Below, piece after piece: positions 23,572-37,430 of a DNA stretch of 64,000 bases. The DNA comes from Hypanus sabinus (Eukaryota): the NCBI RefSeq assembly GCF_030144855.1, contig NW_026779564.1:682001-746000 (forward strand). Direction: 5' to 3'. A program made the position numbers and the translations under genes. Numbering within the stretch: position 1 is the first letter of the stretch; each line of letters begins with the position of its first letter. The notes beneath the pieces are model-generated. The model was not told the origin of the DNA. It ran no database searches and was given only the letters and a program-made list of their open reading frames with translations.

Positions 23572-26500
23572 CTCACGCCAACAATCCCACTGCCAATAAA
23601 ATTTAACACCCTTGATGCTCTTTGTTTTCAGTTGAGAACTGCGTATTTTTACACTTCAATACAATTCAATACGATACGTTTCTACTCATTGTGCAATGTT
23701 CATTTCCATTCCGACTCTGATCAATCCCGTCGAGGCAGCTTAAACTCTCTGCAGTTCGGAATTTTACTGTCTCGTAAAACTAAAAGAATCAAACTCGGAG
23801 AACGGATTTCAGCGTCAGTGGAAAGAAGTGGACTTTGTCCTTTCGCTCTCCGATTCGCATGGTGACGTATTTTCATCCTCTGTCAGATTCTAATCTCACT
23901 CGATTCCTGTGTTACTGTAGTTGTGGCAGAGTCCACCCGAGGGCATTAGCGTCTCCCTCAGCTGTAGCTAGAGCTTTCCCTGATAAAATCTCCGGTACGT
24001 CTCTGCAGGTGGAGATGTTGCAGATCGCGGGCAGCAAGCGGTAGAAGCGAGCAATATATGGCTAACGTCCCATAGTGTCATTGACTGCAGATCCCCAATC
24101 CCTGAGATTCGATGTAATACAGTTCCCGGCAGTGAGACCATTCGTCAGGCCGACTTTATTTAATTCATAATCCGGTCCTGGCATTTTAAATCGTCATTCT
24201 GTATGCACGTTAGCCGGGAGACCAGTTCCATGAGTTTACATTTTGTTCCTGAATAGAAAATCCCGAAACGTTACTCCTAGTGTAAGGGGACAATGTCAGT
24301 TACTGATGGCTCCCGTCCGTTTACGTCATATGATCACGGCTGCACTTGCCCACGTTTCAAACTATCTTCTTTGGCTGTTTCGCAACCCACGATTTTCTTA
24401 TTTTTTTTAAAGCGTCCATATCCTATTTAAATCAGCCCCGTGCTGTAACATCCACAACCCTGTCTCGTCGAGTAGTCTCTGGTATCAGGAAAGTATGTTC
24501 AGATATTCCGCTTTAATTCGTACTTAAACGATAATTCCTCATCCTGGACATTGTCCTTGACTGTACGCCTCATCCATCGCCTTAGATTCAGCACTTATTC
24601 TATATTCTGCAGTGAACAGTTTTAACATCAGTTGTTCGTCAGAGGACGTGCATTCATCACGGGAGGTGAGTCAGTTAAATTGTTCCGAGCTTCTCCAGTG
24701 CTACTGTACCCTTCAGCATATATGGGGAGTGAAATTGCCGTCACCGCAACAGAGCCAACCTCAGAAACCTGTACAGATGTATCACAATGTTTCCTCTATT
24801 TCTAATTTCCAATCGAGTTGCAATAACCTACAATCTGCAGTTGCCTTCCAAAATACCTGATCCACCCATCGGCTCGCCATCTCTCTTTCGTGAACAGTTT
24901 CCTTTGACAGTCCCACCGCAACCAATCGTCATTTATTTAATACCAATCCCAACGAAGTACATGACCTCACACATTCCGGCAATAAACAGTTTTGTCCAGT
25001 TTGTGCCCTCACTGACCGGACCAATTGCAGCCTAAATATTCTCATTGCAAGCCGCTGTCCGGCTACGTCACGTCATCAGCCTCACACAGTAAGGACAGCT
25101 CATTAATGAGGGGCGATAATAGACCATCACGACATTGACGATGAAAATTCCTCCAATCTGCAAAGGAGCAACGTCGACACAGATGGCACCGGATATCAGG
25201 TTTGAACCTGGGTGTCTAAGGTTATGAGACAGAAACGCTCTTTCAGCGGTTCAGGAACAGCTTCCCCCCTCTGCAATCAGAATCACGAATGGACTTTGAA
25301 GCTGTGAACACGACCTCTCTTTTTTAATATAGTATTTAATTTTTGTACATTTTTCATAATCTATTCAAAAGACGTAACTGATTTGCTTGTTTATTTATTA
25401 TTATGTTTTATTTTATTTATTATTAGTATTACATTTCTCTCTGTCTCTCTCTCGCTCTCTCTCTCTCTCACACACTCTCTCTGCTAGATTATATATTTCA
25501 TTGAATTGCTGCTGCTAAGTTAACACATTTCCCGTCACGTGCCGGCGATAATAACCCTGATTCTGATTCTCTGTTCAACGCGGTACTTTACCGATTCGGT
25601 TTTCATTAACGACATGGATTTCGATGCATTGAGTTCTGGTACCGTATGCGACTCAAATCTGGAGCCGGTAACACGTTCTTCAATAAATCCTGTTTCCTCG
25701 ACTGGGGAGATTCGAGAATTTGTGGAGTTGACATCCCATATTTTTGCCAGTTCAACGCTCGCAGCATTTTTAGCTGAGAATACATACCAGATTCGGAGGC
25801 CCTCATTCAGTACTACATTGGAAAACATTGAAAATCTCTTCCACCACACAACCCTCCCACCCGCATATGCTGGTCGACGTCTTGAATTTCTACTGCGGGA
25901 AAATAACTGACAGTGAATCAATTGATCTGTATCTGCTGACGGGTCTATCCGAAGGGATCATGCATTATATGTAATTGGAGATTACCTCAACGTGAACTCA
26001 AATTTATATTAATGCGCACATCTATCTGTACACACAAGCGCAATGAAAAATGCACTTGCTGATGGGTGAAGACAGGTGGAAACTAGCAAAATCGACATGT
26101 CAATACAGCCTTTTTAGCTACGATATTTTCACTTTGCAACCGAGCGTCTAACAATAGATTTTGAGTAGAAACAGGGCGATTGGTGCCGGTGTGTACTACA
26201 ACTGTACGGACACAGAGCTCCCCGTTTCGTTCACCGACGTACTTCCTTACGTTCAACAGCGGGCGATTTATCGCTCTGAGCAGAATCCTTGCGTCCAAAT
26301 CAGAACTAACATTGGAATTTTAAGAATTAATGGCACTAATTTAATGTCAATTGTCTTTATAATTGAAGAAACTAGGAGAATGGCATCAATAAGTATAACG
26401 TGCTCTTGTTCCTCTGTTGAAGGGCAATGTGTAAACGCATGAACCATTTCTCCTCCTCAGTACAAACGGTGATAATATTTACGAACCCTGCAGCGTTCGA

Positions 26501-27677
26501 GTTTAAATGAAGGGACGGAAAGATCCATTTCGTTTTGTCGGTAAGATGAGTTACACTGGTGGTCAGGAAAACACTGGAGCGAAAAGAGTGGCAGAAAGCG
26601 AACATACAATTNNNNNNNNNNNNNNNNNNNNNNNNNNNNNNNNNNNNNNNNNNNNNNNNNNNNNNNNNNNNNNNNNNNNNNNNNNNNNNNNNNNNNNNNN
26701 NNNNNNNNNNNNNNNNNNNNNNNNNNNNNNNNNNNNNNNNNNNNNNNNNNNNNNNNNNNNNNNNNNNNNNNNNNNCCTCACTCCCACACTTTTCTCACAG
26801 ACTGATGCGAACGGTTGGCGATCAGTGTTCAGTGATTGCGTGATTGCGGTGGGACGTCTATAGATTTTCCTTTACAAGACAGCTAGGGTGGAGCGCAGGG
26901 GAGTGGGTTTAAATTGGTGCTGAAATGTCGGGGCAAACAGGTAAACATGAAGGAGTAGCGATTTTTTAAACAAATCCCTTCCGATTTTGGTTCAGTGCTC
27001 CGGTATGACACGAAAACAATGTGAAATTTTGGTTAGCTGAAAACACTGGAAATATCAACTTATAATAATTTTTTACATATTCAATGTTGTTCAGCTGCTG
27101 AGCGACGGGCGATTGAGATTATGACTGATTCGCTGAACTGGGCAGTACGGTCTCTGAACGGGAAAAGCTTTCGCCGTTTAATATCGCTCACTATACACAC
27201 ACCTCATTACTCTCTTGTCTAGCAAGCGACCGTCCTATTGCCATACACAAATCGGTTCGCTGACCTACGTTCAAAATCACCCTCGCCAACTGTCTCTGTG
27301 GCGGTTTAATGGTCCGACATCAACCAAGCTCGTCAAATGACATGCAACTCACCGAGCTCACATTCGTGTTTGCAGATGTCACTCCAACGTGCTATCCAGT
27401 TGCGGAAAGCGTTTCACCCAAGAGTTGAACCCTCCCACAGACTCTGACTGCTTCTGCCTCCCCAAAGTCCCGTCAATACCGAGCAAAACTCAGAACAATG
27501 TCCCATTATATAACATTCATATCCATACGCTTCAGATCGAAGCTGGGGGCGCTGTCAGTGCGTCGAAGTAAAGGCGGGCGACAGAAGTTTATCTCCTCTC
27601 ACCTGGGGAGACGGTAGAAGATTTGGTGGAGGACACCGGCCGACTTTTGTCCGGCAACTGCGGTATGGGGTGGGTGG

Positions 27678-27757
27678 AGGATTGAGAAAAAGTCTGGTAT
27701 GGCGAGTAGGATTGAGAAAAAGTCTGGTATGGCGAGTAGGATTGAGAAAAAGTCTGG
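27678..27757 (+). repeat. 30-bp tandem repeat (about 2.6 units)
   Basis: ggattgagaaaaagtctggtatggcgagta repeated. Confidence 0.85.
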
Positions 27758-28632
27758 GCCAGCCTGATCTTATTGAATGTCAGGGCGGGCTGAAGAGGAC
27801 GACAGACTCGCCCTTCTTTCTGTTGTCTGTCTGTTTAAAGAAAAGAAATAAACAAGCCTGTCTTGGATCTGCATGCTCCCCCGTGGATATAACAGTTCGC
27901 ATTCTATGTCATCAGTTTGCCTGAGGAATCATTTCCAAGTTTGAAACTGGCACAGGATTTATCTCTATCTTTTGATCATGATGCAGAAATGTACAATTTA
28001 TGTTTTGCGTACTGTCTGTCTTTTCGAGGCTGCAATGATGCTGCACGTGTTTCATTGTACCTGTCCCTCACCGTCCCTGTGCACACGGCAATAAACCCGG
28101 CTGGACCTGACAATACTCACTGAGATATGAGCAGTGATGACCCCGGGCAGATGAGTCAAGGTGATGTCGGCAAACTGTGTGAGCCGGACCAGAGTCCAGT
28201 ATGGGGAATGTATGGTCACACCCTTCCATAGAGAGACAGCGTCTCTGTAAGACCTCGCACAGTTATTTCCAGCTTTATTGAGACTGCACCTGCGATATTT
28301 TTTTCAAAGTCATGTATTCATTGTCTAACAAGTGACATACAGAACAAATAATGAATCGCTGCAGAAACAGAGTATAGCGGGTCAGGCAGCATTTGTAGAC
28401 GGAAAGGGGTTGTACACACAGTAGGAAGCAGGAGAATGGGGCTGAGAGGAAATGTCGAAGCAAACCCGATGGGCCAAACACCCCAATTCTGCTCCTATAT
28501 TTTGTGGTTTTATGGCGCTGAATCAGGCGGATGCAGGTTAAGCACAGACAGGAATGGGGTTGTTGTGGAAGCAATGAATACACAAAATAATTTAAAATCA
28601 ACATATTAATGTTGCAGCAGGAAATATTTTTA

Positions 28633-28712
28633 TTCCCTGCCCGGGAATCGAACCCGGGCCGCGGCGGTGAGAGCGCCGAATCCTAACCACTAGACCACTA
28701 GACCACCAGGGA
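28633..28712 (-). tRNA. tRNA-Glu(CTC) with an 8-nt D-arm duplication (likely pseudogene)
   Basis: Reverse complement TCCCTGGTGGTCTAGT-GGTCTAGT-GGTTAGGATTCGGCGCTCTCACCGCCGCGGCCCGGGTTCGATTCCCGGGCAGGGAA equals vertebrate Glu-CTC plus a duplicated GGTCTAGT and a G7:G66 mismatch. Confidence 0.85.
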
Positions 28713-29239
28713 AGCTGATGATGCGCTGCATCACAGCAACATACACTATCAAATCAGAAAAATACCAAAAAAAAAAATCAATGGATAAATAATAGTAATG
28801 AATGAATGTAAAAAATATTGTCACGAATCTACTGCTCAGCACTTTGCATATCTCTTGTTCACCCAGTGCGTTCTCCAGTGTCTTTCTAAAGATTGTAACA
28901 TTCAGATTCTCGTATGAGCCCTGGGTCATTTGTTGCTTCCGTCTATCGCCTCGAAGCAATTCAGTAGCCGGCCCTCTGATTCCCGCGACATCGTTGCCGA
29001 TACGTCTGGTGTCTTGTTCCTTACCCTCCGCCTGGATGGAGGTAGGAGAAAGAAAACCAGACGTTCAGAATGCCTGAAATATGGTCTGGGGTGGAATGGT
29101 AGGCTTTCCTGATCGTGCCCTAACAGTGGTCGAGTGTGCGGGAGCCCCTGGTACTGAGGATGACGTGCTGGTGACAAATGAGCCTAGATTTCATTAAATA
29201 AGCCTTATAGAAACCCCCGCAATTATTTAAAGGTCTTGA

Positions 29240-29990
29240 GGGTAGGCAGTTCTTTGTTTGCTGGTCGCGTCACTCAGTACATGGTTTGCTTGCTCAACAT
29301 TTGCTCTGGCGGGATGTGAAGTGCCGTCCGGATCAATGAGTAGAAACTCTCGGTAAGCAGCACCGACAGAACTCAATCATTGGGTGTTGTGATTGGGAGA
29401 ACAAGGGTGCGACAAGACCGCTATATACGGAGAAGGTGAAGAATTTATCATGAAACAACACCCCCACTCCCCTCCCAGCACCACAATACCTTCTTATCTT
29501 CTCCGAACGGTGGATTGAGAATCCTTCCGGCAGTTCCACCGAACTGAGCCATGTCTCCATGAAACAGAGAAGACAGCAGCCACTCATCTCCCTCCGAAAC
29601 TGCAATGTTGCGCTGACGTAATGCATCTTGTTTTCAAGTCATTGGCCTTTGGCTAAGAAGATGCCGGGTAGAGGATGCCTCTTAGCCCGTCGATTTAGTC
29701 TGGCTGGAAGTCTTCCGAACCGACCTCTTTTCCGGCAATGGTAATGGCTGACCTTCGCTGATTGCTGAAAGGTGCCTCACCTGCATTCCCGAGAGTCAAG
29801 TCCACCTGGTCCTTCAGCAGCTCGCTACACTGCTGAGTAATTTAGACAGATTAACAGTACGTTTCTTAAAGGGAAATTAGGGGTTTCAGATTGCAGCGAC
29901 AGTGGGTCAGCAGAAATACATCGAGACATTTAGCGATTAGACATTTAGTCGGCAATACTTCGCGTGTATCGCCAGTGCCATCGTGATTCT
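29240..29990 (-). mobile_element. Rex1-like LINE 5' part (APE endonuclease fragment)
   Basis: LQFRREMSGCCLLCFMETWLSS...PEGFSIHR. Confidence 0.7.
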
Positions 29991-30219
29991 TTGGATTTAT
30001 AAACAACTCTCAAAATTCCTAAAGCCTTATCAATAATGTAGACATCCCGTTCTTACTGGAGCCTACAAAATGCATCACCTAGCACCTCATCTCTCTCCCG
30101 TCTATCCCCCTCCCGGTTTCTACCGACACCAAACACCCGACTCCGATCTCTCTCCCCATCGAAAATCTTTCACCAGCCTCGGATCAGGAACAGGAACATT
30201 AGCGATAGACAATATGGAC

Positions 30220-31480
30220 CAGTGCGTAGTAGATCATGTCTAACCAATCTCACAGAGCTTTACAGGTAGTAATCTGGAATGGTGTTGAAGGCAAAGCTGT
30301 GGATGCCGTCTACAGGATCTTCGGCACGGAATTTGCAAGGTTCCGTGTGGGAGGATGCTCGGGAAGGATCAGTCACTTGGCTTTCACAATGAGGAAGTAA
30401 ATTGGATTCGCCATTGGATACGTTGGGGGAGCTAGAGTGTGGTGATGGATGATTGTCTTTCTAACTGAGGACCTGTAATGAGTGGAGTATCCCAGGGATC
30501 GTTGCTGTGCCCCTTGTTCCTTGTCATCCATATCCCTATCTGGATAATAATGTCGTTAAATGGATCAGCAAATTTGCCGATGATAACAGCATTACAGGTG
30601 CAGAGGACAGCGGGGGAAGAGTACCGGAGCATAAAGCGGGATCTGGACCAGCTGGAAAAACGGGTTGAAAATTGTCAGATCGGATTTAACACACACAACT
30701 GTTAGATCTTCCCCTTTGGGCGGACCAGCCAGGGTTGGTCCGACACAATGAGAAATAGGGCACTGAGGAGTACGATAGAACAAACGAATCTGGGAATGCA
30801 GGTTCATAATTCAATGAAAGTTGCGGCACAGTTAGACAGGGTAAAGCTTTTCGCACATTGGCCTTCCCGGACCAAAGTATGGAGTACAGGAGTTGGGATG
30901 TTACGTTGTTACGGTTTACGGCTTTGTTGGGGCCCGAATTGGAATATTGTGAGCTGTTGAGCTCAACTACCTGCAGGAAAGATGCAAATAAGATTGAAAA
31001 AATGAAGAGAAAAATTACACGACTATTGCCAGGACTGAATGTTTTGAATTAAAAAGGAATGATTACATATGTCATCATTTTATTCCCGAGCGGGTAGAAG
31101 ACTGAGGGGAGATTTGATAGAGGTTTACAACATTATGAGGCGTATAGAGAGTGTAAATGCAAGCGGGCTTTCTCCACTGATGTCGGGCGAGAAGACAGCT
31201 GGAGATCATGGGTGAAGGGTGAAATGTGAAATGTTTAAGTGGATCATGAGGGGAATAGTCTGCACTCACAGGGTCGACAGAGTGAAGACAGTGCTGCCAA
31301 CGCAAGTGGTAATTGAGATTCCGATGTCAACGTTTAAGAAATGATTGGAGAAATAAACGGATGAGAGGGAAATGGATGGCTACGGTCCGGGTGAGGTCGA
31401 TGGGAATAGACTTTAAATATTTCCTCAAGGTCCGAACTTACTGAAGACCCAGTTTCTGTGCAGTAGTTTCCTGTGGCTGT
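30220..31480 (+). mobile_element. CR1 LINE RT to 3' end, degraded
   Basis: SGVSQGSLLCPLFLV, LLGPELEYCELLSS...RKD. Confidence 0.8.
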
Positions 31481-32089
31481 CTGACTGTATATCTGGGTTA
31501 GAACCTTACTGTCTCACAGCACCGACCGATCTAGAAAGTCGTTGATGCTGTTCGATTCCATTGTCCTTGCACACACTGAAGCATGGAGACTGAGTTAATG
31601 GATGGTTACAGCATGAGGAGATGGAAGCTTTGGAAATTGTTTATTCAGTATTCTCCGACTGTCTGCGATGGTTTTGAAGGAAGACAAGAGTGATTTCAGA
31701 TATTTGCTTTGCCTTTGCTGCGTTTTTAGTTTGTGTAGTTTTGTATGTTTCGTTTATTAATGATTTCAGAGGGAGACACGGATTCCACACCGGCCATGTG
31801 GATTCAGGGTTATATAGATCGAAATATGAGCGTATCTACACTCGATGCAATAAAACCACGATTCAGAGGTAAATTGGCATTAGGATAAATTAGTGTGTAC
31901 TGGAATTGGGATTTTGGAAGGCTGGATCTTTTAATAAGCACCGGAAGCTGCTGCTGATCACTTTGAAATGCTGGTTTCAAGTTGTCGGGCTCCATCAGAC
32001 TCGCAATAGAGTTGCAAAGTGTGCCAGAAGTTCAACTCTCCATGCGGAAGACGGATGTACTTTGTCTTCCAGCTAGAATTCACTCTATC

Positions 32090-33790
32090 TACTATATCAT
32101 CTTCCTACTGTTAGGAAGCCAATTCTGAATCAACGCAGCCAGGTTTCCTCGATCCCATGTCTCCTCACATTCAGAATGAGTCCACTATCGGGAACTTATC
32201 AGACAGCAACAAAAATTAAAGGACCCACATCGACTGTTCTGATTCAACTGTTAGTTTTATTTTCACTTTTTCAAATAATTCAATCTGGCTCATTAACGAC
32301 AACATGCCATGCTTTCTCTCCGTAGCCAGACTACGTTTCTCCAAATACGCATAAATTCCCTCTTCAATAATCCCCTCCAGTAGTTTACCCACTACTGATG
32401 TGAGGCTCCCTGGTCTATAATTCCAAGACGTATCCCTGTTATTTTTCTTCAACAAATGAATAACTTTTTCCACCCTCCAGTCACCTAGTTCCACTTCCGT
32501 GGCCAGCGAAGACACTAATATCCTGTCCAAAATCACAGCAATATCGGAGTTCGCCTTCCAAAATTACCTGGACTATATCCATTCCGGCACCGGGGAATCA
32601 TCTATCATAATGTTTTCCAAGTTTCCAACGCATCCTCTTTCTCAGCGTCGGCATGTTCGAGCATATCTGCATTTTTTCGCAGTGTTCACATTGATCAATG
32701 TATTCAGTGAGGAGCTTCACCGCCTCCTTGGACTCCAGACACGTTTTCCTCTTTTGCCTCTGATCTGCCCACACTCTCTTTAGTCTCCTCCTGTTCTCCA
32801 CAGTCCAACTAGTCAAGGATTTCTCAACTCCCCCTATCACTCTTTTAAGTCCATTGTTTATTTCCTTCCTGTCTACATTGTGACTTGCTTTAGCCTTACC
32901 TGATCCTTTCTTCCTGTTCTGTTAGTATCGTTCTTTCGTCCCCTTGACGTGTTGTTCCAACTTTCTTGTCTCCCAGCGTTACTTTACGCTATCGTCCTTT
33001 CCCTGCATCGATGAGACAAGCCTATACTGAACCCCGTGTAAGTGCTCCCTAAACAATCCCCACATATCTGTTGCGCAACACCCCGAGTGCATCATTTCCC
33101 AATGTACCATCCTGAGTTCCTGCCAGGCAGCACCATAAATCGCTGATCCCTAATTAAACACATTCCATACTCTCTGGTGCTATCCCTGGGCAAGGTAAAT
33201 GGTGGGGAGTTCGCCCTGTTGATCTGAAATTGCGGACCCGGGGATAGATCTGTCACAAGACCCGTTTCCTTTCGTAATATTAGATCTGACATGGAATGTT
33301 AGCTAGTCAGCCTTTATTCATATTGTGACATGAAGACTTCCTGAACACAACCGAGAATTTATGCAATTCCTAAACATTTTACCTTGGGTAGGTGCCAAAG
33401 ACTATCAGGGAAGTTGCAGGTGCCCTTGCGAATAACGTGGCTCATATCCAGGTTCTGCTTCCCAGTCGGTTCATCACTGTTCCCGTCGCATTTTATTTTG
33501 TTAATCTGGTGGGCGGCTGTACAGAATACTCCAAATGGTGAGATTGCGCCCATTTCAAACGCCAGAACATAATCAGTGTTCGTCTCCAGGTCTATTAACA
33601 AACGAATGCTCCACGTTGTCCTCCCATTCTGCAGCTGTGATACTATCCCTAGTTCCCCATCGTACTCCCTTTAAATTCTGATACCCGACACTGTCCATTT
33701 TGAAACATCTAAAACCCGGAAAGTCCTGAAGCCATCCCTGCCCTTGTGACAGTCGAGTGTCTGTGATAGTTTGGAACATACTTCAACCAA
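32090..33790 (-). mobile_element. CR1 LINE endonuclease/RT fragments
   Basis: DWRVEKVIHLLKK...NYRPGSLTSVVGKLLE; ITDTRLSQGQGWLQDFPGFRCFK. Confidence 0.75.
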
Positions 33791-33993
33791 AGTGACAATC
33801 ACGCCAGCAGCATTGAATGTTTATATAGCTACCTACCTGAACTGTGTGAAGCAAAAACTCAGCAAATTCCGTATGACCAGGCGTGTCATTGTTTGAATAA
33901 ATTGTTTGAATTTATGACATATTTGCTGAACCAGTACTTTGTAAAACGACTTTATTTGAGAAAAAAAAGCTGAATTGCCATTAGACAAGGGCG

Positions 33994-35686
33994 TTATCTA
34001 CACAGATGGCCATTTAATGTAAACACATACTTCATTCCATTGATCAGATCTTCTCTGAATTTCCTCTGTGTCAGTGTGTAGATACAAGTATTGGTGCACA
34101 TGCTGAGAAATTGTAACATGAAACCAAGTTGTTGGAGGATGTATACCGGGGAACTCAAATATCTGTTCTGGTAAAGATAGTTTTGCACTTGCCATTTCAG
34201 AGAACGGGCTACATGGGGCATCCAAAATAATATGAAATTAGCTGATATAGAAAACAGCAAAATCATCGATTTTCTCCGTTTCTCCACCTCGGCATCTTTC
34301 TGATTGTCGCTGCTGTCCCGAAGCTTTCTGCGGACTCTATTTGCCACAACGATATGTCTTACAGTTAACCCATTAAAAATCAGGACTAAGCCGATTGGCA
34401 GCAATGGTGTTAAAATACTGATCAGTATTTGGTATCCTTTCCACAAGGGTGAAGTAACGTATTCATACGTGCTGATGCACCGCCACGGCGTGTTGTCAAC
34501 GATGACGTAAGGTTCAATGGCAAAGTATAACGGGGCACATTTCCCGCCGCTCACTATAAGCACGGTCACCATAACCACTGTTGCTGTTCTCTCGGTGCAG
34601 TATCGCTCCCGAAGCTTTCGGTAACATATTGCGATGCAGCGATCGAAGGTAAAACTGACCGTGAACCAGACAGAACAGTCCCTCGTTACTTGGACAAATA
34701 CAAGAGTCAGAGCGCATACAGGAGTGAGGAGCAGGGTTCTGGAATAAATGTAGATATTGTTGGTCTCTTCCAATAAAGCAGCAACGATAACCACCATCAG
34801 ATCCGCTGTTGCCATTCCAATCAGGTAACGGGTGATGCATTTGGAGAGTCCGCATTTTCCCCGAGAAAGGATCACAATCGCCGTTAAATTAACTGCAAGA
34901 AATTTGGAAACAAAATAGAAATATGGTCAGCTCACTGAATGCTCCCATTCTTGCGATGCTATGTCGGGTATGGTCTGTTTGGAAGTGGAAAGCGGGAATC
35001 CAGTGTGTGCGGTCTCGGTCGCTGCACTCCGGCTGGAGGACAATGACGGATGTGAGTGTCAGTGGATTGGCGACCTTCCCACAGTTTAGAGCGAGGCATC
35101 CGAGTCCCACGACTCACGTACCGGTGAGCAGTCGATCGCTCCTGTAAACGACACCATTTCCATTATTAGAAGTAAAATAGCTGACGGGATTGTTTGTAGC
35201 GGTGACAAAGTGGCATCAAGGAGATGCAAAGTACGCGTTCTCATTTAATGACTTACATAAGAACAGAACCACGTGTCGAAAATAGACGGGACCGTCATTT
35301 AAATAAGCTGCCAGGTTGTTATAAGATCGAAGTGTCTGCACTGATATAGACTCGGACCTAGAAAAGCAGAGATCAGCATCACTTCAGAAAGCTTAGCGAG
35401 GTGACATTCTGAAGCAATGTCAAAATCGGCACCAACTTAATTGACAAAAGCAAGAAACGAAGTATGGAAAATGAAAATAAAAGCACTGGATGCCTGGATC
35501 CTCCATTCCGGAAACACGTTTCAGCCGACGGTAGCATCTGTGCTCAGTAACAGTGCGGATACCGTAGCAGAGTAACGACGGCACCATACATAAAGTGAGC
35601 AGCTCCGGCATCTTACCGGGGACACCAACCGCTACAAGTGTGGGATAGAAAATGGCCGCGATGTAGTAAATAGCCGGATATCCCAT
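33994..35686 (-). CDS. G3: GPR139/GPR142-like class A GPCR, 322 aa, complement(join(33994..34892,35617..35686))
   Basis: Exon 1 MGYPAIYYIAAIFYPTLVAVGVP+G with GTAAG donor; TTGCAG acceptor; spliced GVPVNLTAIVILSRGKC. Open 7TM frame (TFDRCIAIC, FWMPH, CTNTCIY). AATAAA on the minus strand at 33951-33956. Confidence 0.92.
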
Positions 35687-35761
35687 ATTCCGTCAGAAGC
35701 AGCGTTCAGTTGTACGGAGCGTTTCAGCTGCTCAGATGGACTGGTGATCGGTTTAACAGAC

Positions 35762-35770
35762 TTTTATTAA
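35762..35770 (-). promoter_or_regulatory. TATA-like box of G3
   Basis: TTAATAAAA preceded by CCCC, about 80 nt upstream of the ATG, at the same position and context as the G2/G5 TATA. CCAAT/TAATT motif at about 35790-35800. Confidence 0.45.
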
Positions 35771-35857
35771 GGGGAGAGCAATTCCACTGAGCCAATTAGC
35801 GTGGCTATCACGCCAGGGACATTGGTGACAACCAACTGCACAAACACTTACGTTAAA

Positions 35858-36148
35858 CTATTTTTACTCACTGCTCCTGTGTTATTAATTTTACTCCTCA
35901 AGGGATTGTGCAATCTATTTACTTTAAAACAAAATACGATGTGCCTTTTCCAATGTTATTTGTGCATGATACCTGGCTTCAGCATATAAATAGCATATTT
36001 TATATCATTGTAACTTGCGTTAGCCTATTTTTACTCACTGCCGCTGTGTCACAAGTTTGATGTCTCAAGGGATATTACAATCCATTTACATTAGAAGAAC
36101 ACATCATGTGGACTTTTCATGTTATTTTCCATGATACCTGGCTTCAGC
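35858..36148. repeat. About 125-bp direct duplication (period 167) in the G3 promoter
   Basis: ctatttttactcactgc...ctcaaggga...catgatacctggcttcagc at 35858-35983 and 36025-36148. Confidence 0.85.
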
Positions 36149-36959
36149 TATTCAAATATGATACTTTTTGTATCTTTGTTGGTTTAAACAGGCATTCATC
36201 TTGAAGTCAATTTATTTTGTAATCTTTGACCGTGCACATTCGCTGCTGAAGTTGTGGAAGGAGCTGGCGGATGAAATGGAGAAAACTTCTTTATTAAAGG
36301 GGAGCATTCATTCATCTTTTCGTTCGTTCGTTCCAGACATTCCGGGGGTTTGAGTGATGGAAATCACAATGACAGCTGACATTTGTTAAAATAAAACACA
36401 CTGCACATATTCCTCTAAACACTGTAAAAGATCCTCAGCGATATTCCAGAGACGTGTGATCAAAAAGGGAGCGTGACCTCGGGAAATTAGCGAGGGCTGT
36501 GGACAGTTTGAAGCACAATGTTTTCCAGCGCAGACACGGGCCGTTCGGTAGGAATCTGACCTCTGCCAGTGAATGACTTGACCACTTCCTATCCGTTACG
36601 TACGATGTAGTCTGTTTAAATTTAAAGATATTCTCCAACCCCCCACAATACTACCACTATTTCTCCATCCATTCTCTCTTTGAACAAAAGTAGCAAGTGA
36701 AATCTGTGAACAATCTGCAGGTTTCCAGGCTGTGCTATTATTTGTGATTACGTTGTCTTTTTTACCTCCTGATTTACTGTCAGGTATGTTACCTTTCGAG
36801 CATCATTATATGGATGTACAGAACACTGGATCACCTGTTAATCACACTTCCTTCTGCACCTGCAGTGCACCGCTCCGTCCCGATTGTGGTACTCGTACCG
36901 ATGAATGTCCCTCGGCTTATTAGAGAGAGTGTCACCACTCTGTTTCCATTGTGGTACTC

Positions 36960-37430
36960 GTACTAATGTGCGGCCCTGGGTTGACACTAGAAAATATCAC
37001 TACTGCCTTCAAATCCATCTTTCCAAAGTGAATCGCTTCGTACCTTTCCGGGTTGAACTCCATCTGTAACCGCTCAGCCCTGCTCTGCTTCCTGTCACTG
37101 TCCTGTTGTAATCTGTGACAACCTTCTCTACCATCCATAATTCCACCAACCTCCACATCATTGAAAACACAATAAACCACCCTACCACTTCCTCATCTAA
37201 ATCGTTCATAAAAACACGAAAAGCCGGCGGTCTCAGTGCAGACCTCTGCAGGACACCTGTCACCGAAATCCAGGGAGAAATCCATCGACAACTATCCTCT
37301 GTCTTCTGTGGGCGTCAGGTCAGAATCCATCAGCGAACTTTCCCTGGATACCAAATCTTCTGACATTATGAATGGTCCTACGATGGATAAATTTAACACC
37401 TTGTTAAAATCCATTCATATCAGATAAATT
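36960..37430 (-). mobile_element. CR1 LINE RT fragment
   Basis: GVLQRSALRP..FMNDLDEEV; LQQDSDR...LQMEFNPERYE. Confidence 0.75.

Noticed and set aside
24075-24115. tRNA-Cys-like TTGACTGCAGATC
   Set aside because: Only the anticodon-arm motif; no D arm, T arm or acceptor stem.
25535-25921. Overlapping 123/128-aa ORFs on both strands
   Set aside because: No recognisable domain; the start lies in a LINE tail; length is compatible with chance.
28690-29060. Possible orphan minus-strand exon after a pyrimidine tract + CAG
   Set aside because: No recognisable protein similarity or partner exons; the ORF runs into the tRNA-Glu gene.
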